A stretch of 33,871 bases of DNA, from the IMG/VR virus record IMGVR_UViG_2579778856_000005; one strand, written 5' to 3'. Under the pieces are notes generated by a model. It ran no database searches. It saw only the letters and a program-made list of their open reading frames with translations, and was not told the DNA's origin. The stretch comes from a virus. Its lineage: Duplodnaviria > Heunggongvirae > Uroviricota > Caudoviricetes. A program made the translations under genes and the position numbers. Shown piece after piece: positions 16,303 to 25,874 of the stretch. The stretch's first letter is position 1; the number at the start of each line of letters is the position of its first letter.

Positions 16303-19253
16303 CAGCGGTACTCCTTACGTTGTTTCTGAGCCAGCAGACGCTCCAGCATTTTTTCCAGCTCATGCAGACTCATATTCAGGGCACCAGTCAGTCCTGCAGG
16401 CGCTGTGGTTTCCCTGCCATTGAGGAAAAACTGAGGATTAAAGCTGACCTGGATACCACCAGACGTTCCACCGCCGGTTGCAGCTGCACCACGGCCTGAA
16501 TATCCGGCAGCCAGGATTTCAGGCGAGGGGATACGGGGAACATCCGGTGTCATCTCATTTGCCAGACGTTGCCCTGGTAAAATCGATGCCCGGGTGGAGA
16601 GCGGAATAACGGGCATGGAAGACAAACTATTGATTACGGCTCCGATCGCATTTTTAGCAGACGACATAAACCCATTGATATCGGGCAACGGCATACTGAA
16701 GCGAACACCTGAAGTGTTATCCCGTATTTCTGGCCCCTGAATGCTCACGGGCATTCTGGGGAGCAGTTCACTGGCCATTCGCTGCCCGGCCAGAGCTGCA
16801 AGCGGAGTGGTCCGCTGCAGGCCAATGGCGGCCCCCTGCGCGATATTGTCACCAAAGCCCATAAACACGCGGCTCGGCGAATGAATGCCCAGCTTTTCGC
16901 TGAACCAGCCACTGATGCTGTCGCCCATTCCGGTTACACTGGATTTGAGCGACTCCCATTTGTTTTTGATACCGTTAATCAGACCATCGACAAGATGGCC
17001 ACCGAAGTCGGTAAACTTTGCCGGCAGATCAACACCAAGATATTTCAGCGCAGCTGCAAAGGCTTTATAGAGCAGACCTGCCGGCGACCAGTTAATCAGC
17101 AGCTTACCAGTTCCCGCGATACCGCCGTTAAAGGCTTCCTGAATGTCAGCCCAGCATTGTTTAAACCAGCTACTGATGCTGTCACCCATTCCGGTTACAC
17201 TGGATTTGAGCGACCCCCATTTGTTTTTGATACCGTTAATCAAACCGTCGATAAGATGGCCACCGAAGTCGGTGAACTTTGCCGGCAGAGTAACGCCGAA
17301 ATATTTCAGCGCAGCCGCAAAGGCTTTATAGAGCAGGCCTGCCGGCGACCAGTTAATCAGCAGCTTACCAGTTCCCGCGATACCGCCGTTAAAGGCTTCC
17401 TGAATGTCAGCCCAGCGCTGTTTAAACCAGCCACTGACTGCCCCCCAGTTGCGGTAGATAAGGTAAGCTGCTGCCGCGACAGCGGTGATAACGAGACCGA
17501 TGGGATTCATCATCAGCGCTCGCCCAATCCAGAGAACGGCACGTGCAGCGCTCATAAAACCGCGAACGAGGCTGCCCGCCAGAACTTTGCTGAGTTTCAG
17601 TCCTCCGCTGGTCAGTCGGCTGAATCCAGTGACAAGCCAGCGTAATTTGCCACCTTCTCCGAGTGCGGTAGTCAGTCGATGCCAGTTGGTCCGGAGTAAA
17701 ACAGCAGTTTTCCAGACGTTCACAAAGGGGGAAATAAGGAGATTCAGCCCCAGTTTGAGACCAACAGTCGCTATCTTAATCGCAAGGAGCGCACTGATGA
17801 GCTTAAAAGCCCCACTGACAAATTGCGGGTGAGTCGCCACCCAGTGTTTTGTCCCCTGAATGAGTGGGAGCAAGTCCTGAGTCAGAGAAATAAAAGATGG
17901 AGCTAATTGATCGCCCAGCGTAATTGCCAGATCGCGACTGCTGACCATAAGTGTTTTAGTGGCTTCAAGGGGAGATTTCAGCCGCTGATCATAAGCACTG
18001 GCAAGCAAATCGTTATCCGCAGCCCTGAGAGCACCGGCACGGATCTCTCGATATCTGTCCATGTTGGCCAGCATCGGGCGGATAAATGCCATGACCTGCA
18101 TATCCGCGAACATATCGCCCAGACCAAAGTTTTTCGCCAGAGCCTGAAGTGCCTCATCTCTTGCCGTATCATTCTTTATTTTCATGGCTGATTTGAAGCC
18201 GGCCAGCGCTTCGGGGCTTTTGGCATTGAGGTAACGTTCTATAACACTCAACATCCCTTCAATCGGAGAGATCCCCGCAGCTTTATAACTCGCAATAGAT
18301 CCCTGCAAATCAATACCCAGATCAGCAAACTGTTTCTGAGTATCGCGGGCAAAAATTTTGGTAAGAAAGTTTTTAAAATTATTGGCTGCTTCGTCGGTGG
18401 AACCTGCACCGATTTTTGCTATCTGGAGACTGGCCCCGATTTCAGCAACAGCCTCTTTTCCACTGGCAAGACCCGCCATCATTGGGGCCAGGGACTGCAT
18501 CCACTTGACCTGATCCGGGATTTCAAATGACCCCTGGTCACCGGCATAAGCCATAATATTCTGAACGGCACCAAAATCTCTGGCCGCACCTTTCAGGGAG
18601 TTTTGCCAGACTGCGGCCACTTTTGCCCAGTCCTGAGCAGACGTGCGTGTTGCCGTTGCCGCGCGGGCAATATCCGGCATCAGAAAACCGATATCTGACA
18701 CATTATCAATATTGTCGCTGATGAGTGAACCCATCGCCTCCTGCAGCTCATCCTGATACTGATTGTATTTAAGCGCCCAGCCTTTTATCTGTCCGGCAAG
18801 TGCATCCCGCGTTTTATTGTCATATTTTGCGGTGATCGACATATCAATCATTTTGTCCTGAAAAGACATGGACTGCTGAACGGCAGGGGAAACCGTATGA
18901 TAAACAGTCTGTGCCATGCCATACGCTTCAATCCCCTGACCATACAGCGCCATGCGGTTAGCTTTCAGCGCATCACTGGTAGCGGATGCCGCTGACAGAC
19001 GGCGCTGCTGGCGCTCAATTTGCTCCATGGTGCGGCTTACCCGCAGCAGCTCGCTGTTGAGATGCTGCATCCGGGAAGAACCCAGTTGACCATAACGTTC
19101 TGTTGCACGGGTTAAAGCGTTCTGACGTTCCTGCAGGCGGCGTGAGGTATCGCTCAGGGAATCAAGCGCACGGCGGGTACCGCTCATTGCAGAACGGAAT
19201 GTGCTGCCAATCATCCCGCCGATAACAACGCCGACTGAAAACTGTCCCGACAT
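16302..19253 (-). CDS. Tail tape measure protein (copy 2)
   Basis: 983 aa; about 9 amino-acid differences from copy 1. Confidence 0.9.
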   Translation of the reverse strand: MSGQFSVGVVIGGMIGSTFRSAMSGTRRALDSLSDTSRRLQERQNALTRATERYGQLGSSRMQHLNSELLRVSRTMEQIERQQRRLSAASATSDALKANRMALYGQGIEAYGMAQTVYHTVSPAVQQSMSFQDKMIDMSITAKYDNKTRDALAGQIKGWALKYNQYQDELQEAMGSLISDNIDNVSDIGFLMPDIARAATATRTSAQDWAKVAAVWQNSLKGAARDFGAVQNIMAYAGDQGSFEIPDQVKWMQSLAPMMAGLASGKEAVAEIGASLQIAKIGAGSTDEAANNFKNFLTKIFARDTQKQFADLGIDLQGSIASYKAAGISPIEGMLSVIERYLNAKSPEALAGFKSAMKIKNDTARDEALQALAKNFGLGDMFADMQVMAFIRPMLANMDRYREIRAGALRAADNDLLASAYDQRLKSPLEATKTLMVSSRDLAITLGDQLAPSFISLTQDLLPLIQGTKHWVATHPQFVSGAFKLISALLAIKIATVGLKLGLNLLISPFVNVWKTAVLLRTNWHRLTTALGEGGKLRWLVTGFSRLTSGGLKLSKVLAGSLVRGFMSAARAVLWIGRALMMNPIGLVITAVAAAAYLIYRNWGAVSGWFKQRWADIQEAFNGGIAGTGKLLINWSPAGLLYKAFAAALKYFGVTLPAKFTDFGGHLIDGLINGIKNKWGSLKSSVTGMGDSISSWFKQCWADIQEAFNGGIAGTGKLLINWSPAGLLYKAFAAALKYLGVDLPAKFTDFGGHLVDGLINGIKNKWESLKSSVTGMGDSISGWFSEKLGIHSPSRVFMGFGDNIAQGAAIGLQRTTPLAALAGQRMASELLPRMPVSIQGPEIRDNTSGVRFSMPLPDINGFMSSAKNAIGAVINSLSSMPVIPLSTRASILPGQRLANEMTPDVPRIPSPEILAAGYSGRGAAATGGGTSGGIQVSFNPQFFLNGRETTAPAGLTGALNMSLHELEKMLERLLAQKQRKEYR
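16891..17436. repeat. 258-bp tandem repeat inside tape measure gene, copy 2
   Basis: Same repeat as 11040-11585, offset by 5,851 bp. Confidence 0.8.
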
Positions 19254-19410
19254 AGTGGTTAACCTCCGGGGAAGGTGAAAAGACGTGAGGGGATAACGCA
19301 GAACAGCCGCTACTGGCGGCTGTCTGTACTATGATTTGTCGCCGTACTCGCTTTTGATTTGCTCTTCAGCCTGCTCCAGCCACATCTCCAGATCGTCAGT
19401 ATCGAGGGCA

Positions 19411-19746
19411 TCAATCTCCCCCGGCTGAAACCGGAACCATCTCGCCAGCAGCCCCTGCGCCTGCGTCAGCGCCCTGGTTGCTCTCACCCATCCCCGTGAT
19501 GAGCTGAAATCGTTTCTGTAACTGCAGGTAATCAGCCAGATCCATATTGTCGAGATCCTCCGGGAGAAGACCAGTACTGCGGGCAATCAGCGGTTCGTCC
19601 CAGTCTGCCGGGTTTTTGCTGATTTTGCGCACCTGCTTCAGGTCTTTTACCGTCAGGCGTTTCAGTTCAACCAGCTCAATTCTGGTGCCTGCAGCAGTGG
19701 TGAAGGGATAAGACAATTTAAAAGTATCGGATGGGGTCTGTGACAT
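19411..19746 (-). CDS. Tail assembly chaperone (copy 2)
   Basis: Identical to 13560-13895; overlapping +1-frame ORF at 19329-19586. Confidence 0.8.
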   Translation of the reverse strand: MSQTPSDTFKLSYPFTTAAGTRIELVELKRLTVKDLKQVRKISKNPADWDEPLIARSTGLLPEDLDNMDLADYLQLQKRFQLITGMGESNQGADAGAGAAGEMVPVSAGGD

Positions 19747-19843
19747 GATTGTGCTCCTGTGTAAGTTCAGGGCAGTATGTCGGGAGAAGCGCGTGACGGA
19801 TATTAAAGGAGATTAAGAAGAAGGGGCCGGAGCCCCTGTGATG

Positions 19844-20125
19844 TCAGCAAGTGCGAAACCCCTTGCAGTTACGCAGGAAAGCGATGAGAAGCGTCTTTCC
19901 CTCAGATTTGCCGATGCCGGAGAACCAGTGGTCGGGAGGCTCCCATGCTTCAATCAAATCCGCCAGTTTGCGGGCCTTTGAACGTGTGCAGTCAATCGGG
20001 TCATTGGTTTTACGGGTATTAAAAAGGGTTTCCACCCCCGGAATATCAAGGAGGGTAAACCACGTACCATTTGACATGCCCAGTGCCGCACATCGTCCTC
20101 CTTTATCCGTCAGTTCAACACTCAC
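19844..20125 (-). CDS. Hypothetical small protein (copy 2)
   Basis: Duplicate of 13993-14274. Confidence 0.35.
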   Translation of the reverse strand: MSVELTDKGGRCAALGMSNGTWFTLLDIPGVETLFNTRKTNDPIDCTRSKARKLADLIEAWEPPDHWFSGIGKSEGKTLLIAFLRNCKGFRTC

Positions 20126-20127
20126 CG

Positions 20128-20649
20128 TCAGCCCCCGATATTGATACGGTAGTCAGTCAGTTGATCAACACCGCCGACCCGGAAGATGTTGGCCAGATAG
20201 TCCAGTTGCAGCAGCTCTTCACCATCCAGTACCTGTCTGATATACGTGCAGGTGAAGCTACTGGAGAACTCGGCGTTCTCGTGCTGTTTGAACGTCCCCA
20301 GCGGGTTCTTCTTGAACATAATCGTCAGGAAGGTGACCAGCGGGATTTCGTCAATCAGCCCCTGCGAGCTGTAGCGCTGGACGCTGGAACGACACTGCAG
20401 TGCCAGCGACCTGTACGGGTTCGCGGCAGACAGCATCGCATCGCGGTAAAAGCTGTTCCATTTGATTTCGCCTTCCAGTTTGTCAAAACCAGCCGGGAGT
20501 TCCACCTTACCCACCATCCCCAGCGCCTTGTGTTCCTGCATAATCATGGAGACATCGGGGAGTTTGACTTCCTCAGCCCGTCCCAGCAGGTTAGTACCAT
20601 CCAGATAGATGTTGGCATTCGTGATGCGGTTTATCTCAATCTTTGACAT
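20128..20649 (-). CDS. Tail tube protein (copy 2)
   Basis: Protein identical to copy 1. Confidence 0.9.
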   Translation of the reverse strand: MSKIEINRITNANIYLDGTNLLGRAEEVKLPDVSMIMQEHKALGMVGKVELPAGFDKLEGEIKWNSFYRDAMLSAANPYRSLALQCRSSVQRYSSQGLIDEIPLVTFLTIMFKKNPLGTFKQHENAEFSSSFTCTYIRQVLDGEELLQLDYLANIFRVGGVDQLTDYRINIGG

Positions 20650-22076
20650 CAGTTGCCCCCTTTCAGGGTTAACAGGTATTCCGAGGTGATCTCAGTCTCA
20701 AACGTCAGTCGCTCCAGCGGCGGTGGTGGCGTATATTTGTAGCTCAGCAACAGGTGCCCGGCGGCCAGCTCCGTCTCCGGATTGCGGGCCGGATCAAACC
20801 AGCAACGGAAGCCCAGTACCGCACCATCACCAGTCATTTTGCGACCGTAGGCGTTGACCGACTCCGTCAGTGCATCAATCAGCGCCTGAGTAATCGGCAT
20901 GTCGATGTACTGCTGGCTGAAATAACGAATGGACTCGTTGATCACATCACCGGTGCGGCGAACGTTCTCAAAGTTACGCATATGGGTGACCGTTGGCCAT
21001 GCTGCCGTCCGGTTACCCCACAGACGAAGGCCGCTGCCGTAACTGCTGAATACCGTGGTGATCCCCTGTTCGTTAAGCAGGTTCACCTCACTCTGCGGGT
21101 CATCAATCATCGCGGACAGCTGGCGCTCCACGCCGGTGATCCCCAGAATCTCCTGATTGGAGGATGACCACCAGTAGCCCTTGTCCAGATCGACTCTGGC
21201 ACGCAGACCTGCTGCACGCTGGCTGAGCGGCTCCAGACGCTCTGTGTTTGTCACCGGGTCATATACCTTCACATGCGGATAGCACAGACGGACGCGGTCG
21301 GAGCTGGTATTGAAGTTGATGGTGCCTTCCGGGCCACGACCTGCCAGAGCCTGTGCAAAGGTGGTACCGACAGGCGCATCAATGTAGGTTACCGCGCCCA
21401 GCTTCTCTGCCATGGCGATAAGCTCAACTGCGACACTCTTCTGGGTGCAGAACACCGGCGCAATCAGAATTTTGGCGAAATAGCCGTACAGGTTGAAGCT
21501 GTCGTTAAGCAGCTTCATGCCGGTTCGGTTTCCGGCGCTGTTCCCCCCGCCGATGATGTCCGCCGCAGTCACCTTCGACGGGTCCGCGTACTCATAGCTC
21601 ACCTTCACGCTGCCACCGGCCTCAATAGCCTTGCCCAGGTTCGTGAGCACACCCGCCTGCGCATCAACACGGTAGTCCGTGTTCGCCGTGTGGGTGGTGC
21701 TGCCTTCACTGTTTTTCACCACCACATTAGCGACAACCGGATGCGCCAGTCTGGCCTGCCCTGTCGATTTGTCAAAGGTAACCACCTCATCCTCGATCGC
21801 CGTTTTATGTTTCGCCGGGTCGAGGACGTTAATGACCAGAACGGTGCCTGCACCATGGTCATAAATCGCATCCAGCGCCTGCGGAATGGTAAAGCCGGTG
21901 AACTGGCTGCCAAATGCCGCTGCGTCTTTCTCAGACAGGCACTGTACCAGCGTATTGACATCCCCCATCGGGGCGGTACCAATCAGGCCAATAACGGCAG
22001 ATTTCACCGTTTTAACCGGGCGGGCACCGTTTTCCACCTCAATGGTTTCGGGACCATGCAGATAGTTAGCTGCCAT
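20649..22076 (-). CDS. Tail sheath protein (intact copy)
   Basis: 475 aa, MAANYLHGPETIEVENGARPVKTVKSAVIGLIGTAP..; contractile sheath family. Confidence 0.9.
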   Translation of the reverse strand: MAANYLHGPETIEVENGARPVKTVKSAVIGLIGTAPMGDVNTLVQCLSEKDAAAFGSQFTGFTIPQALDAIYDHGAGTVLVINVLDPAKHKTAIEDEVVTFDKSTGQARLAHPVVANVVVKNSEGSTTHTANTDYRVDAQAGVLTNLGKAIEAGGSVKVSYEYADPSKVTAADIIGGGNSAGNRTGMKLLNDSFNLYGYFAKILIAPVFCTQKSVAVELIAMAEKLGAVTYIDAPVGTTFAQALAGRGPEGTINFNTSSDRVRLCYPHVKVYDPVTNTERLEPLSQRAAGLRARVDLDKGYWWSSSNQEILGITGVERQLSAMIDDPQSEVNLLNEQGITTVFSSYGSGLRLWGNRTAAWPTVTHMRNFENVRRTGDVINESIRYFSQQYIDMPITQALIDALTESVNAYGRKMTGDGAVLGFRCWFDPARNPETELAAGHLLLSYKYTPPPPLERLTFETEITSEYLLTLKGGN

Positions 22077-22317
22077 GGGTGTCCTCCGTTTTCACTTCGC
22101 TGTCACTGCTGCTTCTGCGCTTTGGTGACTGCACAGCCGGTGTGCCGGCGGGTTTAGTCTCTTCAGGTACCGGCGTCAGATGTTTCAGCGCCACCAGTAC
22201 CTTCACGTAGTCATGCTCCTCCGGCAGGGAAACCGTCTTCCCCGGCCAGAGCAGGATTTCGGTTCCGTCCGACAGCGTGACGCCGCTGGCCGGGCCGGAA
22301 TAGCGGTATTCTTTCAT
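22066..22317 (-). CDS. Hypothetical protein (Mu gp38 position)
   Basis: 83 aa from the ATG at 22317; stop/start overlap with the upstream gene. Confidence 0.6.
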   Translation of the reverse strand: MKEYRYSGPASGVTLSDGTEILLWPGKTVSLPEEHDYVKVLVALKHLTPVPEETKPAGTPAVQSPKRRSSSDSEVKTEDTHGS

Positions 22318-22781
22318 CACTCGCTTTCCTCATAGTTCACTTCGGTTAACAGCGGGCCGGACGGTAAATCGCTGTCTTCGATAAAGACGCTTTCAGTCGC
22401 GAAGTCGAGGGCGTACTGCCACAGCCCCCTGACTTCACCGATAAACACCTCGCGGGTCAGCCAGATACGGCGGCGGCAGCCGGGCGGGGTGTGGCCACCG
22501 AGAATGCGGCGGACAGCATCCAGGACATTAATCGCCCCTTTTTTACCGTTGAGCTGGCGGAAGACCACCGTGACGCAGAGCTGGATAGTCTGAGACTGGA
22601 TCACCGCACCGGTATCATCCGGCCTGTCAAAGCGCGAACCGGCATAGCTCAACAGCAACGCGCCAACCGGATGGTTCAGGCGATATTCAGCCGGTTTCTC
22701 CGGGAAGTACTCCACCTGCAGTTGCGGCAGCTTCTCGCGTAACCGGGCCAGTACCGCATCAAGGACGGGCAGAACGTTCAT
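22317..22781 (-). CDS. Head-tail joining protein (Mu gp37 position)
   Basis: 154 aa, ATGA overlap; position between the gp36-like gene and the sheath. Confidence 0.65.
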   Translation of the reverse strand: MNVLPVLDAVLARLREKLPQLQVEYFPEKPAEYRLNHPVGALLLSYAGSRFDRPDDTGAVIQSQTIQLCVTVVFRQLNGKKGAINVLDAVRRILGGHTPPGCRRRIWLTREVFIGEVRGLWQYALDFATESVFIEDSDLPSGPLLTEVNYEESE

Positions 22782-23227
22782 CAGTATTTCTCCAGTAAAC
22801 CGTCACGACCGCCGAAAGTGGCCGGGCGACTGCGTACACGAAACTCGCCAGGCTCAGGCACATCTTTCTGAGTGGACGGCAGCCCCAGCGTGAGCCTGTT
22901 ATCACGTAACTCCCTGAGTTGCCGCAGCGCTTCTTTGTGGTCATCCTTCACCGTATCCGGGAGGTCACCTTCCGGGCGGCGGGCGTAGAGCCGGTAACGG
23001 ACCAGCGTGATGGCAATGTCCCGCAGAACAGTCGGTATCTCTGCCAGTGGCAGGATATAGCGTCCGCGCAGATGGGCATCAATCAGCTCGTCGGCATAGC
23101 GGATACAGCTGTCCACCACACGGGTATTCACTGTTGCAGGTGAGTCGAAGTCCATCTCTTCACTGGTGAGCTCGATAAGCGTCCGCTCCGGCACCTGCGC
23201 AAGCAAATCCTCCAGGGTGCAGTACAT
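22781..23227 (-). CDS. Head-tail connector / head completion protein (Mu gp36 position)
   Basis: 148 aa from the ATG at 23227 (MYCTLEDLLAQVPERTLIELTSEEMDF..); the track ORF extends upstream across the preceding gene. Confidence 0.65.
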   Translation of the reverse strand: MYCTLEDLLAQVPERTLIELTSEEMDFDSPATVNTRVVDSCIRYADELIDAHLRGRYILPLAEIPTVLRDIAITLVRYRLYARRPEGDLPDTVKDDHKEALRQLRELRDNRLTLGLPSTQKDVPEPGEFRVRSRPATFGGRDGLLEKY

Positions 23228-23228
23228 G

Positions 23229-23567
23229 TCACACCCCGCGCAGGATACGAATGACGTCGCCTTCACCCCCGGCTTCATCAAGTGCAATACCACAGGATTT
23301 ACCGTCGCCGGACTGCGGCACGGCTCTGGCCTGAGCATCTGACTGAACAGCCACACCACGGCTGACAGCGGCCCCGGCCTCGACAGCAATAATGCCCAGA
23401 ACGCTCACCGGCGTGCTGTCGCCGGTAACAGCATCCACTTCGGCAACCCCGAGCGCTGCGGCACCGGCTTTACAGGGGGTATTATCTGCCCCGACAAAAC
23501 GCTGCTGTGCCAGTGCTGCCCCTGCCGTTACGGTTGTGATCAGAATGACCTGCTGAGTGGTTCCCAT
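23229..23567 (-). CDS. Hypothetical Ala/Gly-rich small head protein
   Basis: 112 aa with an AAGGAGG RBS 6 nt upstream; immediately downstream of the major capsid gene. Confidence 0.55.
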   Translation of the reverse strand: MGTTQQVILITTVTAGAALAQQRFVGADNTPCKAGAAALGVAEVDAVTGDSTPVSVLGIIAVEAGAAVSRGVAVQSDAQARAVPQSGDGKSCGIALDEAGGEGDVIRILRGV

Positions 23568-23576
23568 AACGCCTCC

Positions 23577-24530
23577 TTATTTACTGATACCGGTAATGAG
23601 ATACCCGGCATCGCCACCAACCACGGCGACTTTGTAGATATCGGTATAACGGCAGTACTTCACCTTGCCACCGGCTCCGTCGTATTTGTCGGCAACAGGC
23701 ATCCCCTTACGACGCAGGGTGTAGCCGAAGGACGGCTCGTTCTCGTCCGCGCTGTCCGCCCCCGGCTGCGGTTTGCCGACATAGTGCAGCATCAGATTGT
23801 CTCCCCAGATATCCGCCGGCACGCTGTTCTTATCCATTGCCGCTTTCATGGACGGCAGGGAGACTGGGGCACCGATGACGATCTCTTCGATCTGAAAGAG
23901 GTCCTGCAGGATTTCTGTGGTGATGCGCTTGCGTTCGTTGGCTCCGATGGCGGCCTGAATCGCCGGGTGGAACTTCAGCAGCGCCATCACGCCGGCCCCC
24001 ATGGTCATCAGGTTAGGACGCAGCCCCGTGGCCGTACGGACCGCTTCCATACCGGCTTCAATCACCCCGATGGGGTCCCCCTTACCACCGGCCCAGCGAT
24101 CACTGGCTGTCAGTTTTTTGACGTGCCCGGTACGGTAGACCTTTTCATCCTGAGCCAGACGGGCAGCGATAAGTTCACGGCGCAGGTTCACGCCATTCGT
24201 GGCGCGACGGATGGCCTTGCTCTCTTCGTTAAACATGGACTCCGCCTGCTCGCGATAGTCCACCGGCGCAGCCAGATCGTGTTCACCCAGCACCAGGTCC
24301 AGCGTGCCTGTTTTTTCACGGACCAGAACATTGCTGTCCGCCCCGACGGCACGCTCGGTGTCATATTCCACAAAGGCGGTTTTCCCGAAGGTCGGTACAC
24401 GCACGCCTTCCTTGTCCGTCAGCACGACGGGGAAAATACGTTCGCCGATGAATGCGGCATTTTTATAGCCACGGGCGATACTGGTCAGTACCGGATCAAC
24501 GACACGTTTACCTTTTAAGTAATCAGACAT
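23577..24530 (-). CDS. Major capsid protein (Mu T-like)
   Basis: 317 aa, AAGGAGAG RBS, follows the protease/scaffold gene. Confidence 0.85.
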   Translation of the reverse strand: MSDYLKGKRVVDPVLTSIARGYKNAAFIGERIFPVVLTDKEGVRVPTFGKTAFVEYDTERAVGADSNVLVREKTGTLDLVLGEHDLAAPVDYREQAESMFNEESKAIRRATNGVNLRRELIAARLAQDEKVYRTGHVKKLTASDRWAGGKGDPIGVIEAGMEAVRTATGLRPNLMTMGAGVMALLKFHPAIQAAIGANERKRITTEILQDLFQIEEIVIGAPVSLPSMKAAMDKNSVPADIWGDNLMLHYVGKPQPGADSADENEPSFGYTLRRKGMPVADKYDGAGGKVKYCRYTDIYKVAVVGGDAGYLITGISK

Positions 24531-24544
24531 GCTCTCTCCTTAAA

Positions 24545-25660
24545 TTACAGGCAGCGTGCGACAGCAGCCTCATAGCTGATGCCTTCTTTTTTGGACAGGG
24601 CCACTGCTTTCTGATGCAGGGCCAGACGCTCAGGATCGGCTTCCGCAAACTCTGCCACATCCACCTTCACCGTGTCGCCGACACGCTCTTTTGTGGCCTG
24701 TTCGGCGAAATTCATCACCGGCTCCCCGTCGGAGAGCAATGAACGAAAGGCGGTGGCCAGCGGTGTGCGGCTTTCCCCCTCAGCAAACTCCACCGGCTTG
24801 TCGCCACCGGCGACGGCATCCAGCAGGGCAACCACCACGGAGGAGGCGCGGGGAGCCAGACGGCCCTCTGCGACCAGTTTTTCTGCAAAGGCCACATTGT
24901 CCTTATGCAGTTGCTCCTGTCTGACCTGTGCATCACGCGCATCGCGATCAGCAGCCTGCTGCTTCAGGCGGCGGTTCTCCTCCTGAAGGGCTTCAATCTC
25001 TTCTTTTGTCATCGATGATTCCTCGTTACTTGCGGAAGACGGCCCCGGGCCTGTCTCACTGAATTGTGCACCTGCTGCATCCTGCGACAGTGTGTCGCGG
25101 TACGCCTCTTCGCGCAGACTGTTGAGCTGCCATTCCGGCAGGACTTTTTCTGCCTCGTCCAGACTGAAGCGGGCGATCAGAAAATCGCGCAGCTTTCCCC
25201 ACAGGGAGGCATTCGTGATGGCCTGCCAGTCGGCGAACTCCACCACACCTTCTTCCTGCTCACTGAAGGACACCTGTTTCAGCCCCTTGACGGAAGGTGG
25301 CTGTGCCCCGAGAAAGCCCACATGGCGAAGGTAGAGCACGCCGGGCTTCGGATTGGACGGTGAATCCGGGAGGTAGAAAGAGGCGGACACTTTTTTGAAT
25401 CGTCCGTCGGTGACCATCTCAGCAAACTGCGGGTCCAGCTGGGCAGGCTCTGCCATCAGATCGACGCCGCTGAGCGACAGGGCTTTCACCCAGCCCCACG
25501 CCGGGTCTTCCGTTCTGGGATGACCAATCACGAGTGGTGCTTCATGGACGGACGGGTCATAGGCTTTCACGCAGGCGGCAAGATCGTCTGGCGTGAACGG
25601 CAGTTTTTTGCCGTGCATATCGGTATGAGTACCGGCTTTAAAAATGTGAATGGCTGACAT
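24545..25660 (-). CDS. Head maturation protease with C-terminal scaffold domain (Mu I-like)
   Basis: 371 aa; N-terminal half MSAIHIFKAGTHTDMHGKKLPFTPDDLAACVKAYDP..; C-terminal half is a charged coiled coil. Confidence 0.85.
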   Translation of the reverse strand: MSAIHIFKAGTHTDMHGKKLPFTPDDLAACVKAYDPSVHEAPLVIGHPRTEDPAWGWVKALSLSGVDLMAEPAQLDPQFAEMVTDGRFKKVSASFYLPDSPSNPKPGVLYLRHVGFLGAQPPSVKGLKQVSFSEQEEGVVEFADWQAITNASLWGKLRDFLIARFSLDEAEKVLPEWQLNSLREEAYRDTLSQDAAGAQFSETGPGPSSASNEESSMTKEEIEALQEENRRLKQQAADRDARDAQVRQEQLHKDNVAFAEKLVAEGRLAPRASSVVVALLDAVAGGDKPVEFAEGESRTPLATAFRSLLSDGEPVMNFAEQATKERVGDTVKVDVAEFAEADPERLALHQKAVALSKKEGISYEAAVARCL

Positions 25661-25874
25661 TTTGCTGTCCCGCGTTATGTTGTCGGAGACAGTTTGTGAG
25701 AAATGCAGGCCCGGCGATTTTAATCTGCTTTAGAAAACATCAGGGGAGAAGGACAGGGAAAGCAATGCGGTGAACCGGAGGCGGTTATAAAACAGAGGCT
25801 GTAAAGCCTTTATAAAGGTAATACAGCCCCTCATTCGCTGGCAATGATAAATCACCCGCCTGAAGAGAGAAAAC

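Larger units (their letters stand above)
16090..21940. repeat. Tandem duplication, copy 2 (5,851 bp)
   Basis: See copy 1. The junction at 16087-16089 has a 3-bp microhomology (ggc) shared by the sheath and U sequences. Confidence 0.9.

Noticed and set aside
10239-21940. Possibility that the large direct repeat is a CRISPR-like or IS-mediated structure
   Set aside because: The units are 5.85 kb of protein-coding phage tail genes with no transposase, no terminal inverted repeats and no short spacer/repeat periodicity; the junction shows simple 3-bp microhomology.
22781-23389. Long form of the gp36-like ORF starting at 23389
   Set aside because: The upstream 54 codons overlap the preceding gene in another frame; the ATG at 23227 immediately follows that gene's stop.
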